A DNA stretch of 13,439 bases from an uncultured bacterium (GCA_964619725.1 CAZUFC010000182.1:1-13439), one strand, 5' to 3'; counted from the first letter of the stretch, positions 1-10,100 are shown. The notes: generated from the sequence alone by a model not told the origin. Numbers and translations are program-made.

Positions 1-1
1 A

Positions 2-484
2 GCGTCTGAAGGCACACTCCGGGAGACAGAATGTATCAATCCCTGGTGGCGTGATGCCAACTGTCAGGAGGAATCGAGCGCCGTGCTGTTTTTGGGATAC
101 GTCTTCCTGCGAAACAACGGCTTTCGGAGGCAGTTGAACAATATCGATACCATCTTTGTCGGAGGCGATACCAGATACGGTCTTGGGAAAATATGCCGTA
201 TCGAATGGCATGAGATATCCGGAGACTTGCCTGTGTTCGGGAAACGGGTTCATCTGGATGGAGAGCATCCCGAAATACAGAGCGACATCGTTTGGGGACA
301 TGCCTTGGAAGGTGGTCAGCCTCAAATCCGGGGAATGCAAGGAGTGAAAGAGCTTCTTGGCGGCTGGGACCAAGGCAGTCCATGGAGAGGAGCGCTTACG
401 TGGGCTCCAGGCTCATTTCTGGAACGCTCAACGGCCTGGTCGATTGACAACTATGGTTACTGGATTCATCAAGACAAAAGATAG
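2..484 (+). CDS. 3' part of a probable CRISPR-associated RAMP-superfamily protein (type III, Cas5/Cmr3-like); 5' end lies outside the window
   Basis: The frame is open from base 2 (ASEGTLRETECINPWW...AVLFLGYVF), extending the 83..484 ORF. It has a RAMP-like Gly-rich loop (IFVGGDTRYGLGKI) and a C-terminal LTWAPGS. The motif order resembles, from memory, type III-C/III-variant Cas5-group proteins (EGSLHEVE...YLVGYIF...GGERxYGWG...WAPG). Confidence 0.5.
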   Translation, partial: ASEGTLRETECINPWWRDANCQEESSAVLFLGYVFLRNNGFRRQLNNIDTIFVGGDTRYGLGKICRIEWHEISGDLPVFGKRVHLDGEHPEIQSDIVWGHALEGGQPQIRGMQGVKELLGGWDQGSPWRGALTWAPGSFLERSTAWSIDNYGYWIHQDKR

Positions 485-496
485 GCGCGAGAAGAA

Positions 497-607
497 ATGA
501 CCAGGCGCTTCAAGCCTATTTTCACGATCACCAACCGGATCACCGCCGGGCGCATCGAGCGCACACAGTGGGTTCATTGCAAAATCGTCGAGGTAGGAAA
601 AGACTGA
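497..607 (+). pseudogene. Remnant of a Fic-family protein N-terminus (36 codons)
   Basis: ATG at 497 reads MTRRFKPIFTITNRITAGRIER, resembling the recalled FxPxFTITNRITAGLTRIER start of a Fic-family clade. The resemblance ends after ~22 codons and TGA is at 605-607. There is no HPFxxGNGR catalytic motif. Confidence 0.45.
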
Positions 608-1254
608 TGGCGGGCCCGATGGAACAATCTGAGAAGATGCTTTGGTCCGGAAGGATTGTATCCATCCAGCCCCGCATCCGGCTGATGCGGTCTTTCGACG
701 AGCGGAGCCACAGCTACCTGGGATATTTGCTTCGGGTTAAAGGGGCAATCGCTGATGAACCCGGCGAGAGCCAGGTTGCGCTTGGAAAGACCATACAAGC
801 GAAGAGCCGTTTCCGTGCATGTCTGGAGGCAAGTGGTCAGGCGGTTCCGATTCCTGATCCGCGGATTGAGACAGCCGGATTCTGCAAGGCAAGCGGTTTG
901 AAAATAATGAATGATGCTGAAGGTGATTACCCGGCTGGTCCGCCGTTCCATTGTGAGCCGCCTGACCTGGAGACCTGTCGCAGCCGGGGACATCGGCGTC
1001 TGGACACCCGGACTTTTGGCGCCAAGTGCACGACCTGTATCTGGGGCTGTCGAATGCCGTTGGAGATGATCATTGACCATTGGAATCCGTCCAGAAAACG
1101 ATACCGGTTCGAGGCCTTCCGTTACGGCCCGAAAATCTGCGCACTTCACAAGGCCGGACCGACACGCAAGGCGCCGGGGCGAAAGGACATGTCTTGCACC
1201 GAGGAGGACTGGGTCGACAAGGACGCCGTTGTCCACCGGGGGCCGGATGATTAG
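607..1254 (+). CDS. Conserved hypothetical protein with a Cys cluster (possible OB-like fold plus Zn site)
   Basis: ORF 568..1254, with a more likely start at ATG 607 (TGATG overlap with the upstream stop) or ATG 619. Protein-like sequence (WSGRIVSIQPRIRLMRSFDERSHSYLGY; KCTTCIWGC; YGPKIC) with an acidic tail EEDWVD. Confidence 0.6.
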   Translation: MAGPMEQSEKMLWSGRIVSIQPRIRLMRSFDERSHSYLGYLLRVKGAIADEPGESQVALGKTIQAKSRFRACLEASGQAVPIPDPRIETAGFCKASGLKIMNDAEGDYPAGPPFHCEPPDLETCRSRGHRRLDTRTFGAKCTTCIWGCRMPLEMIIDHWNPSRKRYRFEAFRYGPKICALHKAGPTRKAPGRKDMSCTEEDWVDKDAVVHRGPDD

Positions 1255-1324
1255 TCCGTTGCGCCAAGTGGAAATGAGATCGTTTAGAAGTGACCAGAAC
1301 AGATAGCAGTTCATTTACTAAAAT

Positions 1325-2199
1325 ATGCGTGCAAAGAGGAGGGGCCGCGTGACTTTGAAGAGGAACCATAATTTGTCAAGCCGTAGGATTCTTGATCTGG
1401 CAGATGAAATAGAGACTATCGAGGCGTATCAAAAATCCGAGCGCCTTTCACAACTCCCACCGCATCAGCAGGAAGAAGTGTTCAAACGATTGCGCCCCAC
1501 ACACCAGTTCGAGATATTGCAACACCTGGATCAGCAATCGTGCCATACGCTCATCAGTTCACTCGAATCCGATGATCAGGTTCGCTTATTGATGCAAATG
1601 CCGCCCGATATGGCGGAGGAGGTGAAAAGACAGCTGTCGCCCGAAAAAGTGAAATTTATCGACCAACTCCTTCAGTATCCGGAGGAGTCCGCCGGCCGCA
1701 TTCTGACCCCGGCTTTCCTGGCGCTGTCGCCCGACATGACTGTGGGTGAAGCTTTGGCTGTCATTCGTGAAAAGGCAGGGAACAGAAAAACATTCTGGTT
1801 TTACCCGTCACCGACAGCGACGGCCGACTGATTGGACTGACCAAGTTGGAATATCTGGTATATGCCGGGGCTGGTACGAAGATCAAAGAACTGATGCAGG
1901 CGGACCCTCCCAGCATTCAGGCCGAAGAGGATCAGGAGTTGGTGGGCAAACTTATACAGACTGCCGATCTGCCGGCTATTCCGGTGGTGGATGATAACAG
2001 GCATCTGTTGGGAATCATCACGGTCGATGATGTGATGGATATTATGGAACTCGAGCATTACGAGGACCTGGCCCGAGCCGGGGGGACCGAGCCGCTTGAG
2101 AAGCCTTATTTCAGTATGTCGATCTTTCACCTCATGCGAACTCGAGTCGTATGGCTGCTCCTGTACTTTTTAACAGCCAAGGCCGTGCTTGGGGTCTAA
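1325..2199 (+). pseudogene. mgtE: Magnesium transporter MgtE, frameshifted and lacking the transmembrane domain
   Basis: MgtE N-domain and CBS pair are present: LLQYPEESAGRILTP..MTVGEAL, then in the -1 frame KNILVLPVTDSDGRLIG..EEDQELVG..AIPVVDDNRHLLGIITVDDVMDIMELEHYED..RTRVVWLL. The frameshift is near 1775-1790. The stop at 2197-2199 falls within or just after TM1. A possible alternative start is TTG 1373, after GAGGA. Confidence 0.85.
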
Positions 2200-2520
2200 A
2201 GAGAGCGTAAAAGAAGTTATCCCGGAGATGTGGGAAGCAGGAGGGGAAATGCTTCAACACCGCTTCCCCCTCGCCTGGAGCGGACTGATATTTTATGTAT
2301 CAGCCGGAAGCTGGACCAGGGGGTTCGGCGACGAGTTGATCACCAGACAGCGGATACGGCCGTGAGAACGGAGACCGTTGCGGATGCCGGCGACATCGCG
2401 CTCGATCGATATCGGATGGGCTCCAACGGTTCCCGACCAAGCTCGTTCATCCCGCGGCATCAACCTGGAAAAGATCGCATCCCGCTGAACTTTTTTATCA
2501 TCAAATAGCGCCGGGTGACT

Positions 2521-2752
2521 GTGAAACCGGGAGGAACTCATCGTTTCGGAAATCACATGGCTGACTGCTGAATGAGCGTCCGAGCTTCAGTCTCACTTGG
2601 ATGCCGATTACCCTGAGGTTAAAGTTGCTTCGGCAAAGATCGAAATCCTCGAACGGCATGGCTACAGCCATGAAGGCTACTTTTTTCTGCCCACGAGTTG
2701 CCGGCTTGATAATTACTACCGCCCCATGCTCCTGTTCACACGTGATTATTGA
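2521..2752 (+). pseudogene. Internal fragment of a class I SAM-dependent methyltransferase
   Basis: VKPGG (2521), a frameshift, then LIVSEITWLTAE*ASELQSHLDADYPEVKVASAKIEILERHGYSHEGYFFLPTSCRLDNYYRPM with an in-frame TGA at 2573-2575. This matches the recalled LKPGG..SEITW..YPE..GYF.LP..CW.DNYY.P pattern. It is absent from the ORF track. Confidence 0.7.
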
Positions 2753-3053
2753 AAAATTCTCAATTATTTTAACTTTTCCTCTGCTTCACGAAGAAGAATC
2801 GCACCTGCATCCTATATTACAGCACCCAATCAAAAGCTGCCTCAAGGTTGCGGTTCTCGAGTAGTTGAAATTTCTGTTTTTTTGATTTACACTCTGTTTT
2901 CGAGAAATGCCTCCCCTTCACTTTAGTATTTCTATTAAAATCAGATAATAGCCGGAAAGTGGGGCCTTTTTTCAATTGTATTTATGTGATAACCGGGTTA
3001 AGGAGACCCTCTTTGGAGTAAGTCTAATTTGAAAATGAGCGGCGAAATCGGCC

Positions 3054-3566
3054 ATGTTGGAAAAGATTCAAAATATTATGGAGAAAATGAGAAAGCGACT
3101 GCCCGGCACGTGGATACACCGGGTACTTGGCGAGAGTCTATTCCACGAGCATCTGTGGGTGCGTGATCAGCGTGCGGTTGCCGGCGGGCTCGCCATCGGG
3201 TTATTTGTTGCTTTCACGCCAACTATTCCACTTCAGATGTTTTTGGCTGCCGTGGGGGCTATTTATTTCAAATTGAATATTCCAATCGCATTGGCCGCAT
3301 GCTGGATAACAAACCCTTTGACCGCCGGCCCTATCTATCTGGCTTCATGGAAGGTCGGAAGATACATTCTCGAAAATTTTGCGGTATTAGGGAATTTTTT
3401 CGATTTTTTCGGTCAGGGTAGAATGCATTCCATAGTGAAGCAAAGCGCGTATTTATGGACTGGATCGCTGGTATTCGCGAGCCTGGCCGCTATTTTGGGC
3501 TATTGGGTGACCGTGATGTTCTGGAACAGGGTGACACAATGGCATAAAGAAAAAAAAGGGGACTGA
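3054..3566 (+). CDS. DUF2062 family membrane protein
   Basis: RAVAGGLAIGLFVAFTPTIPLQMFLAA..LNIPIALAACWITNPLT..PIY..VG signature and a hydrophobic C-terminal helix (LWTGSLVFASLAAILGY). Confidence 0.9.
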   Translation: MLEKIQNIMEKMRKRLPGTWIHRVLGESLFHEHLWVRDQRAVAGGLAIGLFVAFTPTIPLQMFLAAVGAIYFKLNIPIALAACWITNPLTAGPIYLASWKVGRYILENFAVLGNFFDFFGQGRMHSIVKQSAYLWTGSLVFASLAAILGYWVTVMFWNRVTQWHKEKKGD

Positions 3567-3985
3567 TCAAACTGGGGTTAACTTTTTTCAAAACTTTCGA
3601 CAGTTTGTTTCAGTAATCGGAGTCGGTATCGGTATCGCAATCGCAATCGAATCAAAAGGAGGGGATATTCTGTAGGATTGTAACCTCAAAAGACGTATTT
3701 TTGATCAATGCCGGATCGGGGCTGATCAAACTGGGGTTACACTTTTTCATAAAATAAATTTGATTGGTAGTAATCCCCATAAACTGACACTGACCTGCAA
3801 CTATCCTTTTAACGAACTCACCGCTGTTTTTTTCATCAAGGGCCGTCTTTTTCGGCATCGGGATCGGCATCGCAACCGGAATAAGTAATTACGAGGAAAT
3901 GTGTTTTGTCTTTATCAGATTTTCAAAGCTCCTCAATTATTCAAGTATGCGAAGATTGTGACCTCAAAATACGGATATATGATCA
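3563..3985. repeat. Degenerate tandem duplication of a small element (B-C-A / B'-C'-A')
   Basis: CTGATCAAACTGGGGTTA occurs exactly at 3563-3580 and 3722-3739. The 32-mers at 3676-3707 and 3954-3985 match 27/32. ATCGGN/ATCGCA hexamer runs lie at ~3616-3653 and ~3851-3880. Confidence 0.75.
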
Positions 3986-4010
3986 GTCCTTTTTTTCCTT
4001 CACGAAGCTG

Positions 4011-4046
4011 AAAAAGCCCCGGAATCATGTTATTCCGGGGCTTTTT
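4011..4046. terminator. Bidirectional intrinsic terminator downstream of the giant minus-strand gene
   Basis: AAAAAGCCCCGGAAT-catgtt-ATTCCGGGGCTTTTT is a perfect 15-bp inverted repeat with U-tracts on both strands, 18 nt past the stop codon at 4065. Confidence 0.92.
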
Positions 4047-4064
4047 GATTTTTTCAGTCAGGTA

Positions 4065-4142
4065 TTAGTGTGATTTTTTGAGGATGATGAGTGAGAGGGT
4101 GACGATCAGGAGTGTGAGGATAGGGACTGAGGATGAGGGGAT
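4065..4142 (-). other. C-terminal anchor or sorting signal (IPTL-CTERM-like)
   Basis: IPSSSVPILTLLIVTLSLIILKKSH: motif, TM helix, basic residues. The paralog ends IPSASAGLLTLIVLIISVLISK. Confidence 0.6.
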
Positions 4143-7100
4143 ATCGTGAATTTCGGATTGGGAGTCAGATTTTTGATTTGAGAGTGCTGAGGCGAAGAGT
4201 TCTGTAGAGGAGGGTGAAGAGCAATCGAAGGTGAATATGCCGTTGTATGTATTGAATCCTGAGAGATGGTCATAGAGGTTTGTGATATTAATGTGTGATG
4301 TTTGTCCTTCGGAGCAGTCATTGCATCTGACTTTGAATTTAAGCAAGGCCAGGGCGCCGGATTCATTTTGATTGATTGATACGAAGGGATCGAATCCGGC
4401 AATTCTGAGGGTATTGTCCTGGAGCCTGTTGAAGTCGAAGAATCTGAAGCTGGAGGTAAGGTCTGCGGCGCGGCAGTCGATGAATTGCAGGATATCGGGA
4501 TCATATTGCAGGTCGAAGGCGAATGCCTGAACGTGTGATTGCATTTTAGCGATTCTGACAGGTATTTCGATAATATCGTCATGGCATCCGAAGGTTGGGG
4601 GCAAAGATATGCTGCCTTTGAAGGATTGTTTTTTCAGTTTCATGGCAGTTCTGGAACGGAATGCATTTTTCGCGACAACGGGGTCGGCGCAATCGCATGG
4701 CAGCCAGAGGAAGTGCTGGAAGATGCACTGGGCGTCTTCGGGAGTAATTTGCAGATTAGCGTTGCAGTCTGCGGAGCAGAGTTCTTCGAAGGTGGGGTAG
4801 GGGATGAGTTCCAGGTATAACTGGAATGTGATCAAGGCATCCATGACGGAGAGTTTAGCATCGTTGGTGACGTCTCCATCGTTCCAGCAATCGGGCGGGC
4901 ACGGGTCGCCTTGCCAGGCTTCGAGCCAGGGCGAGTATAGCACGTCGCCCCAGATTTCATCGCCGTTTCCGATTCCCAGGCCTGCGGGACCGCTGGGATC
5001 GCCCCACCAGTTGAAGTCGCACCGGAATGGTCCTCCTGCAGAGTCGTCATCGACGATAAGGCCGTAATTCTGGTTGCCCGCGAAATTATTGTATTCGGCA
5101 TAGCCTTTGGGGACGGCGTAGGGACCGGCGTAGGGTCCGGAGGCTGCGAAGATACGGAAGCCTTCGAAGTTGTTGATGATGTCGTTGCACATCATGAAGA
5201 GTTCGTCGACGTCCCAGAGTCTGATGCCCTGTCCGTCGCCGCTCTGTCCTTCGGATACGCCGTCGATGACGTTGTTTTCGATGACTGCGGTAACGGCGTG
5301 ATTGACTTCGAGGGCGGCCCACTGTTCGCCTGTTTCGCCGTGGTTTCCTCCGATATTCTGCCAGTTATTGTTTTTAATTTCTACGGAGGATGTTTTTGAG
5401 AGGTGATTGCCGCGCAGGGCCACTGTTCCGTTGCAGTCGTGAATATGGTTGTCGTTGAAAGTAATGCCGGTTATTTCAAATTCGTTTTCTCCTTTGGGAC
5501 CAGGAACGAAGGGGTCCATATCGAAGACGGAGAAACCGAGAATGTTTCTGAACTCGGTGTTTGTGATGGTGACTGAGCCGCTGATTCTGTTTCCGTAGAT
5601 GCCGTGTCGTTTGGGGACGTTTTCGCCGTCCAGGAGGCAGTCGTCCATGGTGAAGTTATGGACTGCGCCCGAGTTGCTGAACTGAACGATGCGGTTGTAG
5701 CCTGCTTTTCCTTTGAGGATGAGGTTGGAGATGGCGATGCCTGTAATATCGTAGTTGTTCTGGAATTTGATGCCTCCGTTGATGACGGGACGCGAGCCTG
5801 CATCGCTGGTGAGGGTAATGTCGTTTTTCTCGAACCATGGATCGAAGAGAATGGTTTCTTCGTAGGAGCCTTCGTTGACGTATACGGTTCCGCCTGATGA
5901 GACGGCGGGCAGAGCGTTTTTAATTTCTGCGAAGGCGTCGTACCCGAATTCATATTCGCCGCCGACTATTTCGCCGGGGGCCGTGCCGGTCCAGTCGTCG
6001 TCGACTCTGACGACGTTGGGAGCGATGGTGGGCGTAAGCGATGGTGTGGGAGTGGGCGAGACAGTGGGAGTTCTGGTGGGTGTGAGGGAGCCTGCGGGCG
6101 TGAAAGTGGCCGTGAATGTAGGGGAGCATGTGACGGTGGGAGTGGCGGTGATGGTGGGTGTCCTGGTGACGGTGGCGGTGAGGGTGGCGGTGGGAGTGAG
6201 CAGATAGAAGTTCTGTCCTGTGAGAAGGGTTCCAGAGACCTGGAGTCCGGCGAGGGATTGGGGCGCGTATCCTTGGGCGCCGGCGATAACGCTGTAGGTT
6301 CCATTGGGAATGCGTTCGATTTTATAATAGCCTGAGGCATTGGAGCCGTCCGGGTCTTTATATCCGTTGCCTGTGGCCACGACGGCGCCTTCCATGGGTT
6401 CCATCGTGCCGCCGTCTCTGACGTATCCGGTGATGCCGCCGCCGACGTGGAAGTTCCAGTTCCAGCCAGGTTCGTCGTAAAGGGTGGAATAATTGTTTGC
6501 GTCATGCGCTTCGACGGTCAGTTGCACGTAAGGGGAGCCGGAGGGTACGGTCCATTGCCAGGTATGGAAAGCTTCCTGGTTATGATCGAGACTGACGTTC
6601 CAGTCCTGACCTTCGTCATGGCTGTCCCATTCGACCGTGCCGGTATCCTGGTCGGTGTCGATTTTGAGCGTGTAGGCGGCGTTGTAGACGTTGAAAGGAT
6701 GGGGATTTTCAGCGCGGACCCGGATATGGACTGTTTCGCCGGGATAGAATGTTCGTGTGGGATTGTCTTCGATATCGTTAATATAGACGGACTGGACCCT
6801 GGGGTCCAGATCGAAGGTGATGGGAGCGCAGTTGTGCGGCATGAGAGCGGCGACGGCTTCGGCCTGGGAGAGGTTTTCCGCGCAGATATAGGCGGTTGAT
6901 GAGTCCAGAAGAATATAAGCCAGCGAACTTGTTGTGACGACGTAGTGGCCGCCGTTGAAGTGCTGGGTGTGAATGGAGAAGGAGTTTGAGGCGCTGCCGT
7001 TGGGATTGGCGTTGAGGAAACCGGGGTCGAAGGCGAACCCGTAAACGCCGTCGGGGATGATGTCGTTCAGTTCGCCGACGAGGTGTCCGTTGATGTAAAG

Positions 7101-10100
7101 GTCTATGTAGTGGGGCCTGACGTCTGAGCGGGGCGAGAAAATGGTGTAAATGACGGCCTGTTCGATGTCTTCGAGGGCGACGGAAACGTTGAAGCGCATG
7201 CCGATGTGTGGTCTGTTTGTGCAGAACCAGTCGGACATGGAGTAGCAGTATTCGGAGCCTTCGACGGTGACCTGGTAAAGTGATTTGGGTGAGAGGCATT
7301 CGAAAGTTACGGGCAGGGATACGGTTTCGTCTGCGGCCGAAGCTTTGAGTTGCCCGGAAAGCGTCGTAAGGCCGGGTTGGAACAGCGGTTCCAGCTCGAA
7401 TTCCTCGTATTCCAGGGAACCTACGTTGGAATGGTTGAACCGGGGAATGAACAGGGTGCGGCCCAGAAGTCCGTCTTCTGCGACGATCGACACGTCGGTC
7501 AGGGCGTCTCCGTTATTGGAGAATCGTAGCGTTTTGACCAGGGTGTCGGGGTCTTCGGATTCTTCTGTCAATTCGAAGTCGATCACGGGCCAGGAGACGG
7601 TGATGGAAGTGCGGGCGGAATCGGTGATGGGTTCGCCTGCTTCTTCTGCTGTGAGCATAACGACAACGTTGTCGAAAACGACGGGGCCGGGTTGAGTTCT
7701 CTGGACGTCCTGGGTGTGAATGACCAGTTCGACGGTTTCGGTCTGTCCGGGTTGGATGAGGACGGTTTCGTCTTCGCTGCCGGGACCGATGAAGTTGACG
7801 ATGAGCTCTTCGTTGGGATTGTCGATGCTGAGTTCCGCTTCATGGGCGATGACGTTCTGGTTATAGACCTGGATTGATGCATGCTGATCGTAATCTCTGT
7901 CGACGGTGAAATGGTAGGAGTCCTGATCGAATATGACGCCGTTGCCGACTTTGAAGGTCCATACGGCCGAGTCGGCGGAACCGCACAGTGAATCGACGTG
8001 CACGTACCATTCATAGACGGTGTTTCTGTCCAGGTTTTCCAATTCGGCATCATGCACGGTTTTACCGGAAGCGACCGGCGTCTGACTCCAGACCCCTGCG
8101 CCGGAAACTCTGCAGAAGAGGGTGGAATCGGCGGGAGATGATGTGGTGAAGCTGAAGGCGACGTCGCGTGAGCCGACGGTGGTTCCGTTGACGGGATGAC
8201 GTTGGGTGACGGTGATATCGCTGACGACATCCAGGTCCGCGTCGTCGGTGAAGGTTTCGGACATTTCCTGCGAATCGGCCTGGACCTGGAAGGAATAGGA
8301 GCCGAGAACCCCGCAGTTGTCCGGTATTGAAACGCTGAGTTTCGATTCGCCTTCTTCGCCTGCGTTGAGTTTCAGCGAAGCGGGTTCCAGGCTGTACCAG
8401 GCGGGCGGCAGCGTGCCGTCGACGGAAAGGTCGAAAGCATCGATGCCCAGGTTGTCGTTTTTGACGGTGATGTAGTATTTATAATCTGTTCCGGGAGCGG
8501 CCGAAGCGGTTTCCGGGAGCACGGTCAGGCCGACGGCATCCGGGCAGTATTTTATGGGAGCGGTCCGTGCGCCCGTGTTGTTGTTTTCATTGAGTTCAGA
8601 AACGTCGTCGTCTGCGTCGGCCGTAACGGAGATGACGGAGCCGCATACGGTCGTCCAGGTTTCCGAGAGGACGGCGGATTCGTCGACGTCGAGTGAGGCG
8701 ACGTTGTGGTCCGAACCGATCTGAACGGGACCGGAACCGTTGTCTTCGTAGAAGCGGACGACGAAGGAGCCTGAAGGAACGTTGCCGATGTTGGTCGTTT
8801 CGGCATCTATGCTTACCGTGACGTTTTCGTCGGGAACTGCGGGAGCGAAGGCGATGTCGGGGGCGCGAACCAGCAGATCGGCAGCGGGGTAAGGCGAATT
8901 AGTGGGTGAAGGGGTGGGCGTCCATGTGTATGTCGGCGGATATGTAGGCGTTCGAGTAGGCGTTTTGGTTGCGGTCCGTGTGGGGCTGAGCGTTGCTGTG
9001 GGCGAAAGGGTGGGAGTGGAGGAAAGCGTCGGCGTGGGCGTTATGGTGGGCGTTCGCGTTGCCGTGGGCGTATACATGCGGAAATCCTGATTTATGAGCA
9101 TCTCTCCCTGGACCTGGAGTCCTGTCAGAGCGCTCGGCGCATAACCTGCCGCAGAAGCTGTCACGTTGTAAGTTCCGTTCGGTATGCGTTCGATGCGATA
9201 GAAGCCTTCCGCATCTGTTCCGTCGGGATCGCTGTAACCTCCGGCTGCGGTAACCGAAGCTCCTTCCACGGGAAAGAGGAATATGCCGTCGCGGACGTAT
9301 CCGCTTATGCCGCCGCCGACGTTGAAGCCCCAGTTCCATCCGGGGCAGTCCCAGCATGTATCGTAGTCGGCGGCGTCATGCGCTTCCACCGTGACCTGCA
9401 TGGTGGGTGAGCCGCCGGGGATGGTCCAGAACCAGGAATGATAATCGTCGGAGTTGTGTTCCATGACCGCGATCCAGTCTTCGGCTTCCTGATAGCTGTC
9501 GTATTCAGGATTCTCCGTGTCGCCGTCGTAGTCTATTTTAAGGGTGTAACTGACGTTGTAGGCATCCAGGGGATGCGGATTCTCCGCGCGTATTTTCACC
9601 TGAACCGTTTCTCCGGGATAGAAGGTGTTCCGGGGATTACCCTGATCGTCGAGTATCCATACGGAGCGGATGCGGGGGTCCAGGTCGAAATCGTATTCGT
9701 CGCAGTTGTGAGGAAGGGTTAAAGCAATGGCTTCGGCCTGGGTCTGATTTTCTGCGCAGATGAAACCAGAGCTGGATTCCAGGGTCAGCGCCACCAGGTT
9801 GTTGGTGGATACGACGTAGTGGCCGCCGTTGAAATGTTGAGTGATCATTTTAAGCGTGTTGGAGCCTGTCCCGGAAGGATTGATGTTCAGGAAGGCGGGA
9901 TCGAACGCAAAGCCGTATGTTCCGCTGGGAACGACGTCGTTGAGCTCGCCGACCAGATGATTGTTGATGTAGATGTCGACGAAGTGGGGTCTGACGTCGG
10001 AGCGGGGCTGATAAGTCGTATAGACGACTGCGGTGTCGATGTCGCCTGTCCCTACCGATACGTGGAAACCCATATTGATGACGGGGCGGTTCGTGCAGAA

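Noticed and set aside
574-1369. Antisense or overlapping ORFs 574..1314, 1070..1369 and 1073..1306
   Set aside because: They are shadows of the more protein-like + strand ORF.
1255-1372. M-box riboswitch upstream of mgtE
   Set aside because: The leader is short and I see no recognisable conserved structure.
2293-2556. Minus-strand ORF with faint creatininase-like spacing (SGTV..LRSHG.IRCLVINS)
   Set aside because: It lacks the HGGN and metal-binding motifs and overlaps the methyltransferase fragment, so it is too weak to call.
2601-2864. 87-aa ORF
   Set aside because: It is off-frame to the methyltransferase remnant and has no recognisable features.
3550-3557. A8 tract as a phase-variation site in DUF2062
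   Set aside because: It lies in the last few codons, so slippage would barely alter the protein.
3563-3985. Possible CRISPR array or integron attC sites
   Set aside because: Only two copies of each motif, irregular spacing (159 and 278 nt), and no clean RYYYAAC/GTTRRRY pair.
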